From: Nitrospirales bacterium
GTDB lineage: Bacteria; Nitrospirota; Nitrospiria; Nitrospirales; UBA8639
DNA: 64,000 nt
Reading direction: 5' to 3'
Assembly (NCBI GenBank): GCA_965203295.1
Contig: CBDBCZ010000019.1
Span: 2,592,001 to 2,656,000 of the forward strand
The position numbers were made by a program, and so were the translations under genes. Under the pieces are notes generated by a model that was not told where the DNA came from, searched no databases, and saw nothing but the letters and a program-made list of their open reading frames with translations. Shown here one piece after another: positions 9,570 through 20,118 of this stretch (the stretch's first letter is position 1; each line of letters opens with the position of its first letter).

Positions 9570-10190
9570 TCATCGAGTGATGACAGGAAGAATAGCGTGG
9601 AACGCATTCCGACCGAGTTGAATGAAATCTCCTTTGAATATTGCAGGATCATCGAATGTGACAAACTTGGCAAGTTTAAAAAAAGGCCTGTTCGCCAAGA
9701 CTGCCGAAACCTCAGGCTTCCGATCACCTGTTAATTCTAGAGTCACGCCTGGGCCGTTTTCCCATTCCCAGAGTGAATTGCCAAGACAAAGACATATCCT
9801 GCGATTGGAAACGAATTGATACCGATTGATTAAATTTTCCTTATACCGGCGAAGATAGCCTCCCTCAACGATCAAGGCAAAGACCATGTGGTGTCCCCAC
9901 CAAAAGAGAGACCGGAACGAGAATTTCTCTTCCCGTGTGTAAAATCGAGGAAAGTCTAAATACTGATAGGGGAAATTCTCCAAATGTTCTCCTTTGACCA
10001 ACTGATGTGTGCTTAAGCTCAAGTTGTCGGGGCTCAGCAGTGGATACTGTTGGAGATCTTGATATAAGGCTTGATGAAGTTGTTCCAAATGAAGACGAAT
10101 TTTGTGGGATATGTTGGCTTTCGCTGTAAAAAATGTTTTGTCAGCGAGAAGGGCCCCTTCGTCCTTGGTAAAAGTGGTCGTTTTATCCAT
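9570..10190 (-). CDS. Conserved hypothetical protein
   Basis: Long ORF with protein-like composition (KGEHLENFPYQYLDFPR). Confidence 0.7.
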   Translation of the reverse strand: MDKTTTFTKDEGALLADKTFFTAKANISHKIRLHLEQLHQALYQDLQQYPLLSPDNLSLSTHQLVKGEHLENFPYQYLDFPRFYTREEKFSFRSLFWWGHHMVFALIVEGGYLRRYKENLINRYQFVSNRRICLCLGNSLWEWENGPGVTLELTGDRKPEVSAVLANRPFFKLAKFVTFDDPAIFKGDFIQLGRNAFHAILPVITR

Positions 10191-10359
10191 TGTTTGTTCC
10201 GAAAAGGAGGGGGAAGGATAAATGAAAGTTCCTTTGGCAACCAAAAATCAAGTTTCTTCTTGAAACGTTAGCTCAAGTATACCTCTGCCACAGTTAAGAA
10301 TGAAATTGGGAAATGTTGAGTTGTTCCGCAAGCGATAATCATTTTCGAGATGGAGTCAT

Positions 10360-11132
10360 ATGAAAATTGCCACATTTAATGTGAATTCGATTCGACGAAG
10401 ATTAGAAATCGTCCTTCAATGGCTTGAGCAACACAACCCGATGTCTTATGTCTTCAAGAAACCAAAGTTCAAGATACGGAATTTCCTCTCGAGGCTCTTT
10501 CAGCTACTGGGTACTCCGTTCAATTTCGGGGCATGAAAAGCTACAACGGTGTCGCGATTCTCACCCAAGAACTTCCCGAGTATACCTCCTTTGGGTTCAG
10601 AAAAGGACCTTCTGGGGATGGGGAACGGTTGGCCCATATCGTGGTAAAAGGCGTTTCGATTATCAACACCTACATTCCACAAGGATTTAAAATTGATTCC
10701 CCAAAATATCAGTATAAACTGAAGTGGTTTAAACGGTTGCGAGCCTATTTCACAAAGCAATTGAATCCCGGCCAATGGGTCATATGGTGTGGAGACATGA
10801 ACGTGGCACCAGCTCCTATTGATGTTCACCATCCTGAAAAACATCTGATTCATGTCTGTTTTCATGAAGAAGCTCGTCTGACCTATGAAAAAACAATGGC
10901 ATGGGGTTTTGAAGATGTCTTTCGGCGACTGTATCCTGAACGGCAACAGTATACGTTTTGGGATTACCGTCGTCCCTGTGCGGTCGAGGAAAATCGGGGG
11001 TGGCGTATCGATCATATTCTTGCCACACCAAGTCTGGCGAAACGCTGTACGAAGGTGGAGGTAGACATGTGGCCCAGAACGAGCCCCAATCCCTCTGACT
11101 ACACTATCCTTTGGGCCGAATTTTCAGTATGA
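10360..11132 (+). pseudogene. xth: Exodeoxyribonuclease III, frameshifted
   Basis: MKIATFNVNSIR...QHNP then a 1-nt deletion near 10438 before DVLCLQETK; terminal SDH motif reads SDY (TAC 11100-11102). Confidence 0.9.
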
Positions 11133-11302
11133 AGAAGTCGGTATTTCTGAAGATTTGCATAGAGTGATACTTGAATAAAGTGGTCCTTCTGGCTACCGCC
11201 CATTTGGGAAGGAGAGAATTTGGCAGGGGGGGAAAACACCGAGCTGGTAAGATGATGGGGCTCCCTTATCAAAAATGGAGACCAATCATAGGAGGGGAAA
11301 AA

Positions 11303-11893
11303 CTATTTTTTCTTCGGTTTTTTAGTTTTCATGGTATTTGGCAAATTTTCTTCCGGGATAAAAACAGCCAGGGCGACCACTGTGGTCCAAAGGTTGGGCT
11401 TACCGATAGCGGATTGGGTAATGTTTTGTGTTCGGACTATTTTCCCTCCCATCTTAAAAACCTGCTCCCGTTCTTTCCAGGCGACGTTGGGATCAAATTC
11501 AATCCCAAGAGTGGTGGCTAGCATTTGAGCTGCCAGATCTTCGGTATAATCGCCAGCCTCTTCATCAGTTTCCCCATAAGCATGATGTTCTGATAAATAA
11601 CCATAAGCCCGATGACGTCCCTGGGGAATGGCCACTCCGATAGAAGCAGAAATCAAACGATTTCGTTCGTTGGTCTCTGATCGCGCCATCACGCAATAGG
11701 TGATTTCTCCAGGATTCAACAAATGTTCCCCTCGTTTGCGCGGGATAATTTTGCAGTTTGGGGGAAGAATGGAAGAAACACTGACCAGGTTACAGTATGC
11801 CACTCCTGCACTTCTCAGTGCCTCTTCGAAGGAAGCGAGCTTTTCCCGATGAACCCCAACTCCGCGCGTTAAGAACATGTGCGTAGGAACCAT
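11303..11893 (-). CDS. pdaD: Pyruvoyl-dependent arginine decarboxylase
   Basis: [18 protein letters not shown] self-cleavage site, GYLSEHH; SD GGAGG before ATG 11893. Confidence 0.9.
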   Translation of the reverse strand: MVPTHMFLTRGVGVHREKLASFEEALRSAGVAYCNLVSVSSILPPNCKIIPRKRGEHLLNPGEITYCVMARSETNERNRLISASIGVAIPQGRHRAYGYLSEHHAYGETDEEAGDYTEDLAAQMLATTLGIEFDPNVAWKEREQVFKMGGKIVRTQNITQSAIGKPNLWTTVVALAVFIPEENLPNTMKTKKPKKK

Positions 11894-12177
11894 GTCTCCT
11901 CCAATTCCTCCCTTGGACAAGGGATCAAACCTGAGACGTAATCATTGGGACCAACTGGCAAGCGTGAAACCGGCTTTAGGGAATTCCGAGTCACAATTCC
12001 TTTGAATGATGATCCCTTTGGGGATAACCAGGAGAAAATAAAAAAGTCAAAACCAGCGTGCAAGATTACAAGTTCTAAACCTATTGTTCAAGGGAAACCA
12101 TTGAATCCTTACCACCCAGCATGGTGGGAAGGCAGCATGAGAAGGCTGTTCTGATTATAGGGATAGCAAGGACATCA

Positions 12178-13617
12178 TTAAGTAGGTAAATTCACGACGA
12201 GCAATTTTCGTTCGGTCAAATCTTCGATGGCGTACCGTACTCCCTCTCGACCAATTCCAGAATCTTTGATTCCACCGTATGGCATATGATCTGCCCGGAA
12301 GGTAGGAATTTCATTAGCGAGAACGGCTCCAACCTTGAGTTCTCGAAAAGCTTGGAAAACTTTGTTGACATTGTTGGTAAAGACTCCAGCCTGAAGGCCA
12401 AAAGGTGAATCATTCAACAGATCCAACGCATGTGGAAAGTCTTGATACCTCGTGATGGTGACGACAGGACCGAATACTTCCTCACAGGACACCTTCATAC
12501 GTGGAGTGACATTGGCAAGGATAGTTGCCTCCACCACGGCTCCTTTTCGGGTTCCTCCAGAGAGCACATGGGCGCCTTGCGAAACGGCTTCCTGAATCCA
12601 TTCCTCGACCCGACATGCCGCGCGGTCGTCGATCAGTGGGCCTATGACGGTATTCTCATGGGAAGGGTCTCCTGCGGCCAATGCCCGGACTTTAGAAGCG
12701 AATGATTCAACGAACGATTCATAAATTTTGTCATGCAGGTAAATTCTTTGAACAGATATACACGTCTGCCCTGAGTAAGAAAAGCCACCGGTCACGCATC
12801 GTTGGACTGCCATGTCTATGTTCGCATCGAGTTCGATGATGACACCAGCGTTTCCCCCGAGTTCCAATAAGACCCGCTTTTTCCCAGCTATGGATTTGAG
12901 TTTCCATCCCACAGCGACACTTCCCGTAAAACTGAGGGCCTCAAAGCGCGAATCCCTTACCATCTGCTCTGCCAATTGATTGTCGCAAGGCACGACACTG
13001 AACACTCCTGAAGGAAGGTCAGTCTCTTGAATCACCTCAGCAAGAAGGAGCGCGGTCAATGGTGTTTGTGGAGCAGGCTTGATAATGATGGGATTCCCAG
13101 CTGCCAGACATGGAGCAACTTTATGCGCGACTAAATTCAGAGGAAAATTGAAAGGCGTGATTCCCAGAACAGGACCAATTGGAAAACGGTGAATTATGCC
13201 CATATGGTGATCCATTCCAGGAGCGACATCCATCGGGATGACTTCTCCAGGAAGGCGTTTTGCCTCCTCCCCTGCAATGGTAAAGGTTTGAATCGCACGG
13301 TCGACTTCTCGTCGCGCATCCATGATCGGTTTACCCGACTCTAAGCACATCAGATAAGCGAAATCTTCCTTCCGTGTCGCAAGAGAGGCGGCGATATGAG
13401 TGAGAGCAGACGCTCGACGGTGGGAAGGAAGTTGTCTGAAAGCCAAAAAAGCTTCAAGGGCGAGTTGAACGGCTTTTTCTATTTCCGGAGTCCCGGCTAG
13501 ACAGACTTCAGCGACAGGTTGATGATCATAAGGAGCACGAACCGACATTCGGGTCGAGGTATCGTGCCACTTCCCGCCTAAGAAAATTGGTTGGGGGGAT
13601 CGGATGGGCAAGTCCAC
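12178..13617 (-). CDS. Aldehyde dehydrogenase family protein
   Basis: ITPFNFP, FTGS, LELGGN, GQTCIS, EEVFGP. Confidence 0.95.
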   Translation of the reverse strand: MDLPIRSPQPIFLGGKWHDTSTRMSVRAPYDHQPVAEVCLAGTPEIEKAVQLALEAFLAFRQLPSHRRASALTHIAASLATRKEDFAYLMCLESGKPIMDARREVDRAIQTFTIAGEEAKRLPGEVIPMDVAPGMDHHMGIIHRFPIGPVLGITPFNFPLNLVAHKVAPCLAAGNPIIIKPAPQTPLTALLLAEVIQETDLPSGVFSVVPCDNQLAEQMVRDSRFEALSFTGSVAVGWKLKSIAGKKRVLLELGGNAGVIIELDANIDMAVQRCVTGGFSYSGQTCISVQRIYLHDKIYESFVESFASKVRALAAGDPSHENTVIGPLIDDRAACRVEEWIQEAVSQGAHVLSGGTRKGAVVEATILANVTPRMKVSCEEVFGPVVTITRYQDFPHALDLLNDSPFGLQAGVFTNNVNKVFQAFRELKVGAVLANEIPTFRADHMPYGGIKDSGIGREGVRYAIEDLTERKLLVVNLPT

Positions 13618-13623
13618 AGAAAA

Positions 13624-13920
13624 TCAAGCAACAGATTGATCTGAGGATTGCTCACCAGATACCGAATCGACGTCATGAGAAGGCGCCGCGGGTCTGGCTT
13701 CAGAGGAGGCCTTTTCAGCTTTTTGGATTAACTCATCGGTTCCCCATTCCCGAATAGAGTCCAATGAAAAAGGTTCAAAAGTAGAAGTGGCTCCACACGC
13801 AGGACAGGCCGGCTTGGGGACCTTCGATCGGTAGACCTCACCAAGACACTCAATGCAAACCAAAAGGTCTGGCTCCCCTTCTGGGCAGTCAACAGACCAA
13901 AATTCTTGAACTTCTTCCAC
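13624..13920 (-). CDS. Small rubredoxin/zinc-ribbon-like protein
   Basis: CIEC...CPACG motif; 6 nt from the ALDH start. Confidence 0.65.
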   Translation of the reverse strand: MEEVQEFWSVDCPEGEPDLLVCIECLGEVYRSKVPKPACPACGATSTFEPFSLDSIREWGTDELIQKAEKASSEARPAAPSHDVDSVSGEQSSDQSVA

Positions 13921-14077
13921 TTTTAGCCATTCTTTCTTAGTACGATCAACATTTGTAAAAGTTGTGTTTCCTCTCCCATTTTTGCTCTCTGTAAGAATAG
14001 GGGAGTGCTACAGACTTTTCACCCACAGGATTCGAAAAATTGCACATTCAACGCAATGACAAATCATGACAATAAAT

Positions 14078-14788
14078 CTATCCCTCTAAAGGCAGCTCAA
14101 TTCCTGGCTTCTGATGTTGAGGACTCTTTTTCTCGGAGAATTTTTTCAGCAATCGGTCAATTTCTTCTTTAAACACTTCATAAGGGAAAGCCCCTGGGAT
14201 CACAAGCAGAGGCCCGGCGTCAATGTGCTGAGTCAGAAAAAGAACGAATCCCGGTGTTCCACGAATTCCGATGCTTCCACCCTCCTGAAAATCCTGAAAA
14301 ATAGACTCCAGATAACGACCACTTTGAAAGCAGGTGGAAAAAGCTTCTCGATCCAAGCCTAAGTCGGCTGCTTGGTGTTCTAATGGTCCTGCTCCATATT
14401 TGTCTTTGCTGCTAAACAGTCGGTCATGCATGGCCCAATATTGCCCTTGCTCTCCTGCGCAACGAGCCGCTAGCGCCATATCGACCCCAGGCCCTTTCAG
14501 GGTTCGAGAGAAATCTCGATACACCAATCGGAGTTTCCCTGTTTGGATATATTCTGAATTGAGCCGAGGCCAAGTCTCCTTGAAGAATTTGACGCAAAAC
14601 CCACAGGTGAAATCAGAATATTCAAGGAGGGTAAGCGGCGCTTGTTGGTCACCTCTCACACGCCCATCCACGCGCAGTAAAAAATTTTCTGGTTCCGCCC
14701 AGATGGGAAGAGCCGTGAAAAGACAGAGAATGGTCGCTCCAAGAGTCGGCCACAAATGTAAACGTCTTTTGAAAATCTGGGTTACCAT
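14078..14788 (-). CDS. DsbA-family thioredoxin-fold oxidoreductase
   Basis: Signal peptide, EYSDFTCGFC, GIRGTP. Confidence 0.9.
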   Translation of the reverse strand: MVTQIFKRRLHLWPTLGATILCLFTALPIWAEPENFLLRVDGRVRGDQQAPLTLLEYSDFTCGFCVKFFKETWPRLNSEYIQTGKLRLVYRDFSRTLKGPGVDMALAARCAGEQGQYWAMHDRLFSSKDKYGAGPLEHQAADLGLDREAFSTCFQSGRYLESIFQDFQEGGSIGIRGTPGFVLFLTQHIDAGPLLVIPGAFPYEVFKEEIDRLLKKFSEKKSPQHQKPGIELPLEG

Positions 14789-14875
14789 CTATGTTTCCCT
14801 CAGTGGGTTCATTTTATTTAACTCGACTTTCTTTCTTAGTTTGATTTCGACTGGTTGCTCCTGTCAACCAGAGGA

Positions 14876-15991
14876 TTAAGAAGTCCGAGATTCCTGCAAG
14901 GAGCCTGTGTGATTTTCGAGCAAAGCCATCATTAAGAGAGGCCAGACCACGGTTGCATCACTCAGCACCTCAGCAAACTGTCCGCCCTCCTTTGGCGGAA
15001 TAAATTTTCCCCAGGAAATTCCCTCCTGATAAGTGCACCCGCTCAGCCCACCCCAATAATCTGGCTCGGGACAGATTCTCACACCGTATTGAAATCGAGG
15101 AGGTTTGAGATCGAGTCCCAGGCGTAGATTGAGGATTTCAATGTAAGGCGGAGTCTGTTGAGCCCAATTTCGAGGCACCCCACCTCCAATGGTAAAAATA
15201 CCGAGTCGTTTAGCACTGAGCAAATGCTGTGTATAACTATTCAAATCCAGAAAGGGATTAAAGGAAGGACGATTTTTCTGAAGTTCTTGCCAGATATCTT
15301 GATCGGTAGATGCAACGGAATGTGCTCGTTCATGAATTCCTTTTTGATTCCCCATTCCCCAAATCGAAACATCCAATCCTAATTCGGAATCAGTAAAAGC
15401 TGGAATATAGAACGGAACTTTTTTGAGGAACGCACTTTTCAGAATGCCCGCACCTGGAAATTGATTGGCCAACGTCCGGCCTAATTCTCGCGTCAATAAT
15501 TCAGAGGAAAGTGGCTGGTTGGAGTCTAGGTGATTGAGGGTCTCCCCAACGACATGTTCCACATGGTTCAGGTTCAATTCCATTTCCAAGGTGTCATACA
15601 CACGGTTATAGCCTTTTTTAAACAATTCCGTATCACTCATTGATGGATGGTATTTATAGTGAGTGTCCCCCACTGCTTCACTCATTCCATGAGCAATTAA
15701 CGCTCCCGTGGAGACGACGGCCTGGATCATTCCCTTCTCAATCATCAAACAGATGATTTTTCCCATTTTGGCGATGGTCATGGCCCCCGAGAGGGTCAAC
15801 ACCACAAAACAATCTTTATCCGCAATCATGGATTGGAGGATCTGATAGGCTTCGCCCAATCGACGTCCCCCAAAAGCCGTTTTTTTCATGGCCAACAGGA
15901 GATCAGAAAAGGAATGAATCTTTTCAGGGTCTAAAGCTTCAAGAGCTTCCAGACCATCCTGTGCTCCATCATGAAACGATCGGGCCTGCAT
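14876..15991 (-). CDS. Deoxyhypusine synthase-like protein (probable homospermidine synthase)
   Basis: LSGAM, STGA, PAFTDSE.G, IGGGVP.N, GGLSG.T..E.ISWGK. Confidence 0.9.
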   Translation of the reverse strand: MQARSFHDGAQDGLEALEALDPEKIHSFSDLLLAMKKTAFGGRRLGEAYQILQSMIADKDCFVVLTLSGAMTIAKMGKIICLMIEKGMIQAVVSTGALIAHGMSEAVGDTHYKYHPSMSDTELFKKGYNRVYDTLEMELNLNHVEHVVGETLNHLDSNQPLSSELLTRELGRTLANQFPGAGILKSAFLKKVPFYIPAFTDSELGLDVSIWGMGNQKGIHERAHSVASTDQDIWQELQKNRPSFNPFLDLNSYTQHLLSAKRLGIFTIGGGVPRNWAQQTPPYIEILNLRLGLDLKPPRFQYGVRICPEPDYWGGLSGCTYQEGISWGKFIPPKEGGQFAEVLSDATVVWPLLMMALLENHTGSLQESRTS

Positions 15992-16153
15992 GAACCTCCT
16001 AGGAATTACGAGAGTATCGTGCGCATTCTTCCCCTTCTCAAATCAATCCTGCAAAAGGCGAAGCAAGGGAAAGATTCTAGAAGGGAGAAAAAGCTGGAGC
16101 CCTCGTTTCATTTTTCCTCTTCTATTTCAAAGTGAAAGAGAGCTCCAGAAACA

Positions 16154-16231
16154 TGGTGGTCCCAACGGGATTTGAACCCGTGTCTGCACCTTGAGAGGGT
16201 GCCGTCCTAGGCCAAGCTAGACGATGGGACC
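16154..16231 (-). tRNA. tRNA-Glu(CTC)
   Basis: Full cloverleaf; anticodon arm GCACC-CTCTCAA-GGTGC; CCA end. Confidence 0.95.
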
Positions 16232-16430
16232 GTCCAATCCATTAGCCTTTGCATCTTGAATATTGACTAGGCAGACTCAGAAGACATGCCCTTCTTCATC
16301 TACCAAGAAGGAAACTTTACCACCAGAACGAGGAAGAGTGCAATCAAAAGCGGGCGCGACATCATCATACATCATAGATTCAACGGTCACATGAGGTTTT
16401 TTTGTCAGAGGCAACCTTTTTTGAGAAACC

Positions 16431-17984
16431 TTAAGGACGAATCGAGAGATAAATGGACCCACTGCCTCTCTTGAGGAGAATGAGCACTGGGCTCTTGGGC
16501 TCAAGTTGCTGCGTCACATGTTGATAATCCTCGACCGTTTCAATTGGGGTCCGGTTGAGTTCAAGTATGATATCACCCACGCGAAGGCCAGCCCGATTTG
16601 CCGGACTATCCGACTTGACACGGGATATTCGAACCCCGCGAGAGTCTCCTTCTCGGTTGCCGGTCAGGGGTTCCACGACAACCCCAGTCAGTGCATGATT
16701 TCCGGGCGAATTCTTAAAAGAACCTCCTGCCAGCGTGACGTCTTTGGGCATCTCTACAATAGTCAAAGACAGCTCCTGATTCTTCTCATTACGAATGACG
16801 CCAATGGGCACTTGAGTACCTGGAGAAGTCTCAGCCACAAGGGAGCGTAGGTGGGTGGCATCTTTCACTGAAATGTCACGGTATGTTCGAATCACATCTC
16901 TTCGCTTGATCCCAGCTTGTGCGGCTGGACTATTTTTCACGACGTTACTCACCAGAGCCCCTGACGTGTCGGGCACACCAAACTCCTCGGCGAGGTCAGA
17001 AGTCAATTCCTGTATCGATACGCCTAACCACCCCCTGATGACCTTGCCATGCCCGATTAAACTTTTCATCACGTTTTGCACCATATGGCTTGGAATGGCA
17101 AAGCCAATGCCCATGTACCCTCCGGTTCTTGAAAAAATCGCAGTATTAATGCCGATTAATTCACCATGTAAATTGACTAACGCTCCACCAGAATTTCCGG
17201 GGTTGATGGCTGCATCCGTTTGGATGAAATCCTCATAATCCACGATACCCATATTGGCTCGCCCTACGGCGCTGATAATTCCCATCGTGACGGTTTGATT
17301 CAAACCGAACGGGTTACCCACAGCTAAGACAACTTCACCAACCTGTAACTGATTGGAGTCTCCCCATGGGAGAGTGGGAAGCCCGTCAGCCTCAACTTTG
17401 ATGACCGCTAAGTCAGTTTTGGGATCGGTCCCTACCAATGTGGCTTCCATCTTACGCTTATCTCCCAGCAAAACCATCAGCTTATCTGCCTGGTTCACCA
17501 CATGGTTATTAGTCACGATGTATCCATCTGAACTGACAATGACCCCAGAACCCAAACCCTGCTCTTTCCGCTCCCGAGGTTGACGAAAACGACGTTCGAA
17601 TTCCTCTCCAAAAAAACGGCGAAAAAACGGGTCATCAAAAAAGGGAAAAGGACTGCCTTTTCCTGATGACGCAACTTGACGAGTCGAAGAGATATTCACA
17701 ACAGAGGCCATGGCATTTTTGGACACGCGGATAAAGGTTTCATTCGCAGGAAATGAAACTCCCACGGGATCGGAGAAAGGAGGAGGCTGAGACTCCGAAG
17801 GGGTAGCCGCATCGGCTATAAAATCAGAGTCCCCTGGAGCTTCGGTGCACTGAATAAGACTTCCAGTCACAACGAAAATGAGGAGCCCTAATACCCATTC
17901 AGGAATACGGCAACGGCTCCGCCTTTTCTCAGCGGAGGAGTTAGTCGGCATATCTCTGACCTTTCGGGATTTCTCGACACTCAT
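16431..17984 (-). CDS. degQ: DegP/DegQ periplasmic serine protease with two PDZ domains
   Basis: GSGVI, TNNHVV, DLAV, QTDAAINPGNSGG. Confidence 0.93.
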   Translation of the reverse strand: MSVEKSRKVRDMPTNSSAEKRRSRCRIPEWVLGLLIFVVTGSLIQCTEAPGDSDFIADAATPSESQPPPFSDPVGVSFPANETFIRVSKNAMASVVNISSTRQVASSGKGSPFPFFDDPFFRRFFGEEFERRFRQPRERKEQGLGSGVIVSSDGYIVTNNHVVNQADKLMVLLGDKRKMEATLVGTDPKTDLAVIKVEADGLPTLPWGDSNQLQVGEVVLAVGNPFGLNQTVTMGIISAVGRANMGIVDYEDFIQTDAAINPGNSGGALVNLHGELIGINTAIFSRTGGYMGIGFAIPSHMVQNVMKSLIGHGKVIRGWLGVSIQELTSDLAEEFGVPDTSGALVSNVVKNSPAAQAGIKRRDVIRTYRDISVKDATHLRSLVAETSPGTQVPIGVIRNEKNQELSLTIVEMPKDVTLAGGSFKNSPGNHALTGVVVEPLTGNREGDSRGVRISRVKSDSPANRAGLRVGDIILELNRTPIETVEDYQHVTQQLEPKSPVLILLKRGSGSIYLSIRP

Positions 17985-18221
17985 GATTCTTATGAAAATA
18001 TCAGACGGGAAGAGAGAGGTCCGCTGATGACAAATCTTTTCTTCGAGCTGTTTCCGTCAACCTTATTTTATCATTCTACCAGAAAATTGGGGAATGGATG
18101 ATGATAGAGGTTGTTAAGGGTCCAAAGAGGCCTGTCCCCATCGTTACGCTATAAACTAGAATCATGGTCGTGTGGTGGGTTTCCTGCTGCTAGGAACAGT
18201 GGTTCGGGGATTGAAGCAGGG

Positions 18222-18926
18222 TTATTGACGATGTTTTATTTGAATTCCAGATGACGTTCCGACAATCAGCATGGAGGTTCTCCCCACGAACAAGCCATTT
18301 TCTACAACCCCAGGGATAAGATTAAGTTGCATTTCGAGAGAAGCAGGATCCTCAATTTGGTCGACATCCAGATCGAGAATGTAGTTCCCACTGTCCGTTC
18401 TATAGATTTCGCCATACTTCTTTCGAAGAATGACATCCCTCCCGAATTGTCGGAGGAGATGAGCCGAATTCGGCCACCCAAAGGGAATGACTTCAACAGG
18501 GACCTGCCAAGGATGTCCCAACATGGGAGCACATTTCGCCTCATCCACAATGATGATAAGTTGGCCGGAAGCTGAAGCAACGATTTTCTCTCTGAGCAGG
18601 GCTCCTCCCCCACCTTTGATAAGATTCAAATTTGGATCAACTTGATCGGCTCCATCTATTGTCACATCGAGCCTCCAATCACCTTCCGCGGGGAGAAGAG
18701 GGATATGAAGCTGAGAAGCGAGGGTGGCGGTTTCTTGAGACGTTGGGACCCCCTGAACTTTTAAACCATCTTTAATACGTTCTCCCAACCCCATGAGAAA
18801 ATACTTGACAGTTGATCCAGTCCCAAGACCAACGACATGGCCGTCACGAACGTAGTCTAAGGCAGCTTTCGCCGCCATGTGTTTCCCAATTTCTGGATCA
18901 GTCTTGAGGGGAGGATCCGTGGTCAT
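18222..18926 (-). CDS. rpiA: Ribose-5-phosphate isomerase A
   Basis: GLGTGST, DGAD, KGGGGALLREK, PGVVENGLF. Confidence 0.97.
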   Translation of the reverse strand: MTTDPPLKTDPEIGKHMAAKAALDYVRDGHVVGLGTGSTVKYFLMGLGERIKDGLKVQGVPTSQETATLASQLHIPLLPAEGDWRLDVTIDGADQVDPNLNLIKGGGGALLREKIVASASGQLIIIVDEAKCAPMLGHPWQVPVEVIPFGWPNSAHLLRQFGRDVILRKKYGEIYRTDSGNYILDLDVDQIEDPASLEMQLNLIPGVVENGLFVGRTSMLIVGTSSGIQIKHRQ

Positions 18927-18932
18927 GAGAAG

Positions 18933-20003
18933 TCAGGGTTGGTGAACCAAGGAGGCTCCGTATGAGGCTGTACCCAGTAAGGCAGCTTTTTCATTCAATA
19001 TGACATGGACAGGGATTGCACTTAACAGACGTTTGTAACGCCCCTTGGCCACAAAAGCACGTAAAAAGGTGTCACTTCGAAGCTTAGGCAGAATTTTCGT
19101 GGCGATGCCTCCTCCAAGGAAAACCCCACCAAGAGAGAACGTCTTGAGAGCCAAATTACCCGCCTCTCCACCCAGAATGGAAACAAACAGGTCCAATGCT
19201 TGGACACAAATCTCGGGTTTCCCCTTCAACCCGGCTTCAGTAATGAGAGCGGCAGGATCCCCTGTCGTTAACTGCTCGGCAAACCACGTTGGTTCATTTT
19301 TTCTGGTATCGCGAAAAAATTGGTAAATGTGGTGTAATCCCTCTCCAGAAAGAAGCCGTTCAAAACTCACATGGAGATACGTGGCTCTGAGGTACCGGAG
19401 TAGTTCAATTTCTACATCACTGGTTGGAGCAAAGCTCGCATGCCCTCCTTCTGATGGACTCGGATGATACTGTTTGCCATCCCAAAATAGAATCACTTCC
19501 CCCAATCCTGTTCCTGCTGCAATGAGGGTTTTGGTTTTTTCAGAGGTGGATTCGACTTTTCCATTTAATTGTTCCGTTTCATTTGGTCGAAGAACCAGCA
19601 CTCCATAGGCTGTCGCTTCCAGATAGTTCAGAAGATGAACGACCGAAGTTTCTAGATGCTCTTTGAGGGTATGGCCATCGATGATCCATGGGAGATTTGT
19701 GGTTTGGCAGCGATTATTCACCACAGGTCCAGCCACCCCGAAACAGGCAGCATCAATCTGGAGAGATGGGGAAGAAGGACCAGAGGATTCTTCGGACGAT
19801 TCACTGGAAGGGTTTGACGAAAAGTCGTCTTCCTTGTCTCCAGATTCTCCCTCTTCAGAAAGAAATTCCGTCAGAATATCTTCGAAGGAATTAAAATCAG
19901 AATTCCAATATTTTTCTTCCCGAACTGGTTCAGTTCTCTCTTGTGTCCAGTTGAAAAGTCCCACGTATGTTTTGGTTCCACCAATATCGGCTGCTAGAAT
20001 CAT
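18933..20003 (-). CDS. glk: Glucokinase; catalytic Asp appears replaced by Tyr
   Basis: ADIGGT, GVAGPV, GTGLG, SEGGH, ER.LSG.GL; LNDxxA motif reads LNYLEA. Confidence 0.9.
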   Translation of the reverse strand: MILAADIGGTKTYVGLFNWTQERTEPVREEKYWNSDFNSFEDILTEFLSEEGESGDKEDDFSSNPSSESSEESSGPSSPSLQIDAACFGVAGPVVNNRCQTTNLPWIIDGHTLKEHLETSVVHLLNYLEATAYGVLVLRPNETEQLNGKVESTSEKTKTLIAAGTGLGEVILFWDGKQYHPSPSEGGHASFAPTSDVEIELLRYLRATYLHVSFERLLSGEGLHHIYQFFRDTRKNEPTWFAEQLTTGDPAALITEAGLKGKPEICVQALDLFVSILGGEAGNLALKTFSLGGVFLGGGIATKILPKLRSDTFLRAFVAKGRYKRLLSAIPVHVILNEKAALLGTASYGASLVHQP

Positions 20004-20118
20004 TTCAAATATCCAGTCAATTCGTGAGTCATTCAGAGAATCAAAAAGCGCTCATGCCCTTTTTGCAAGGGTCTTCTCTAGGTTTGCGTTGAATCCCTGT
20101 CACCATAATGGATCAAGC

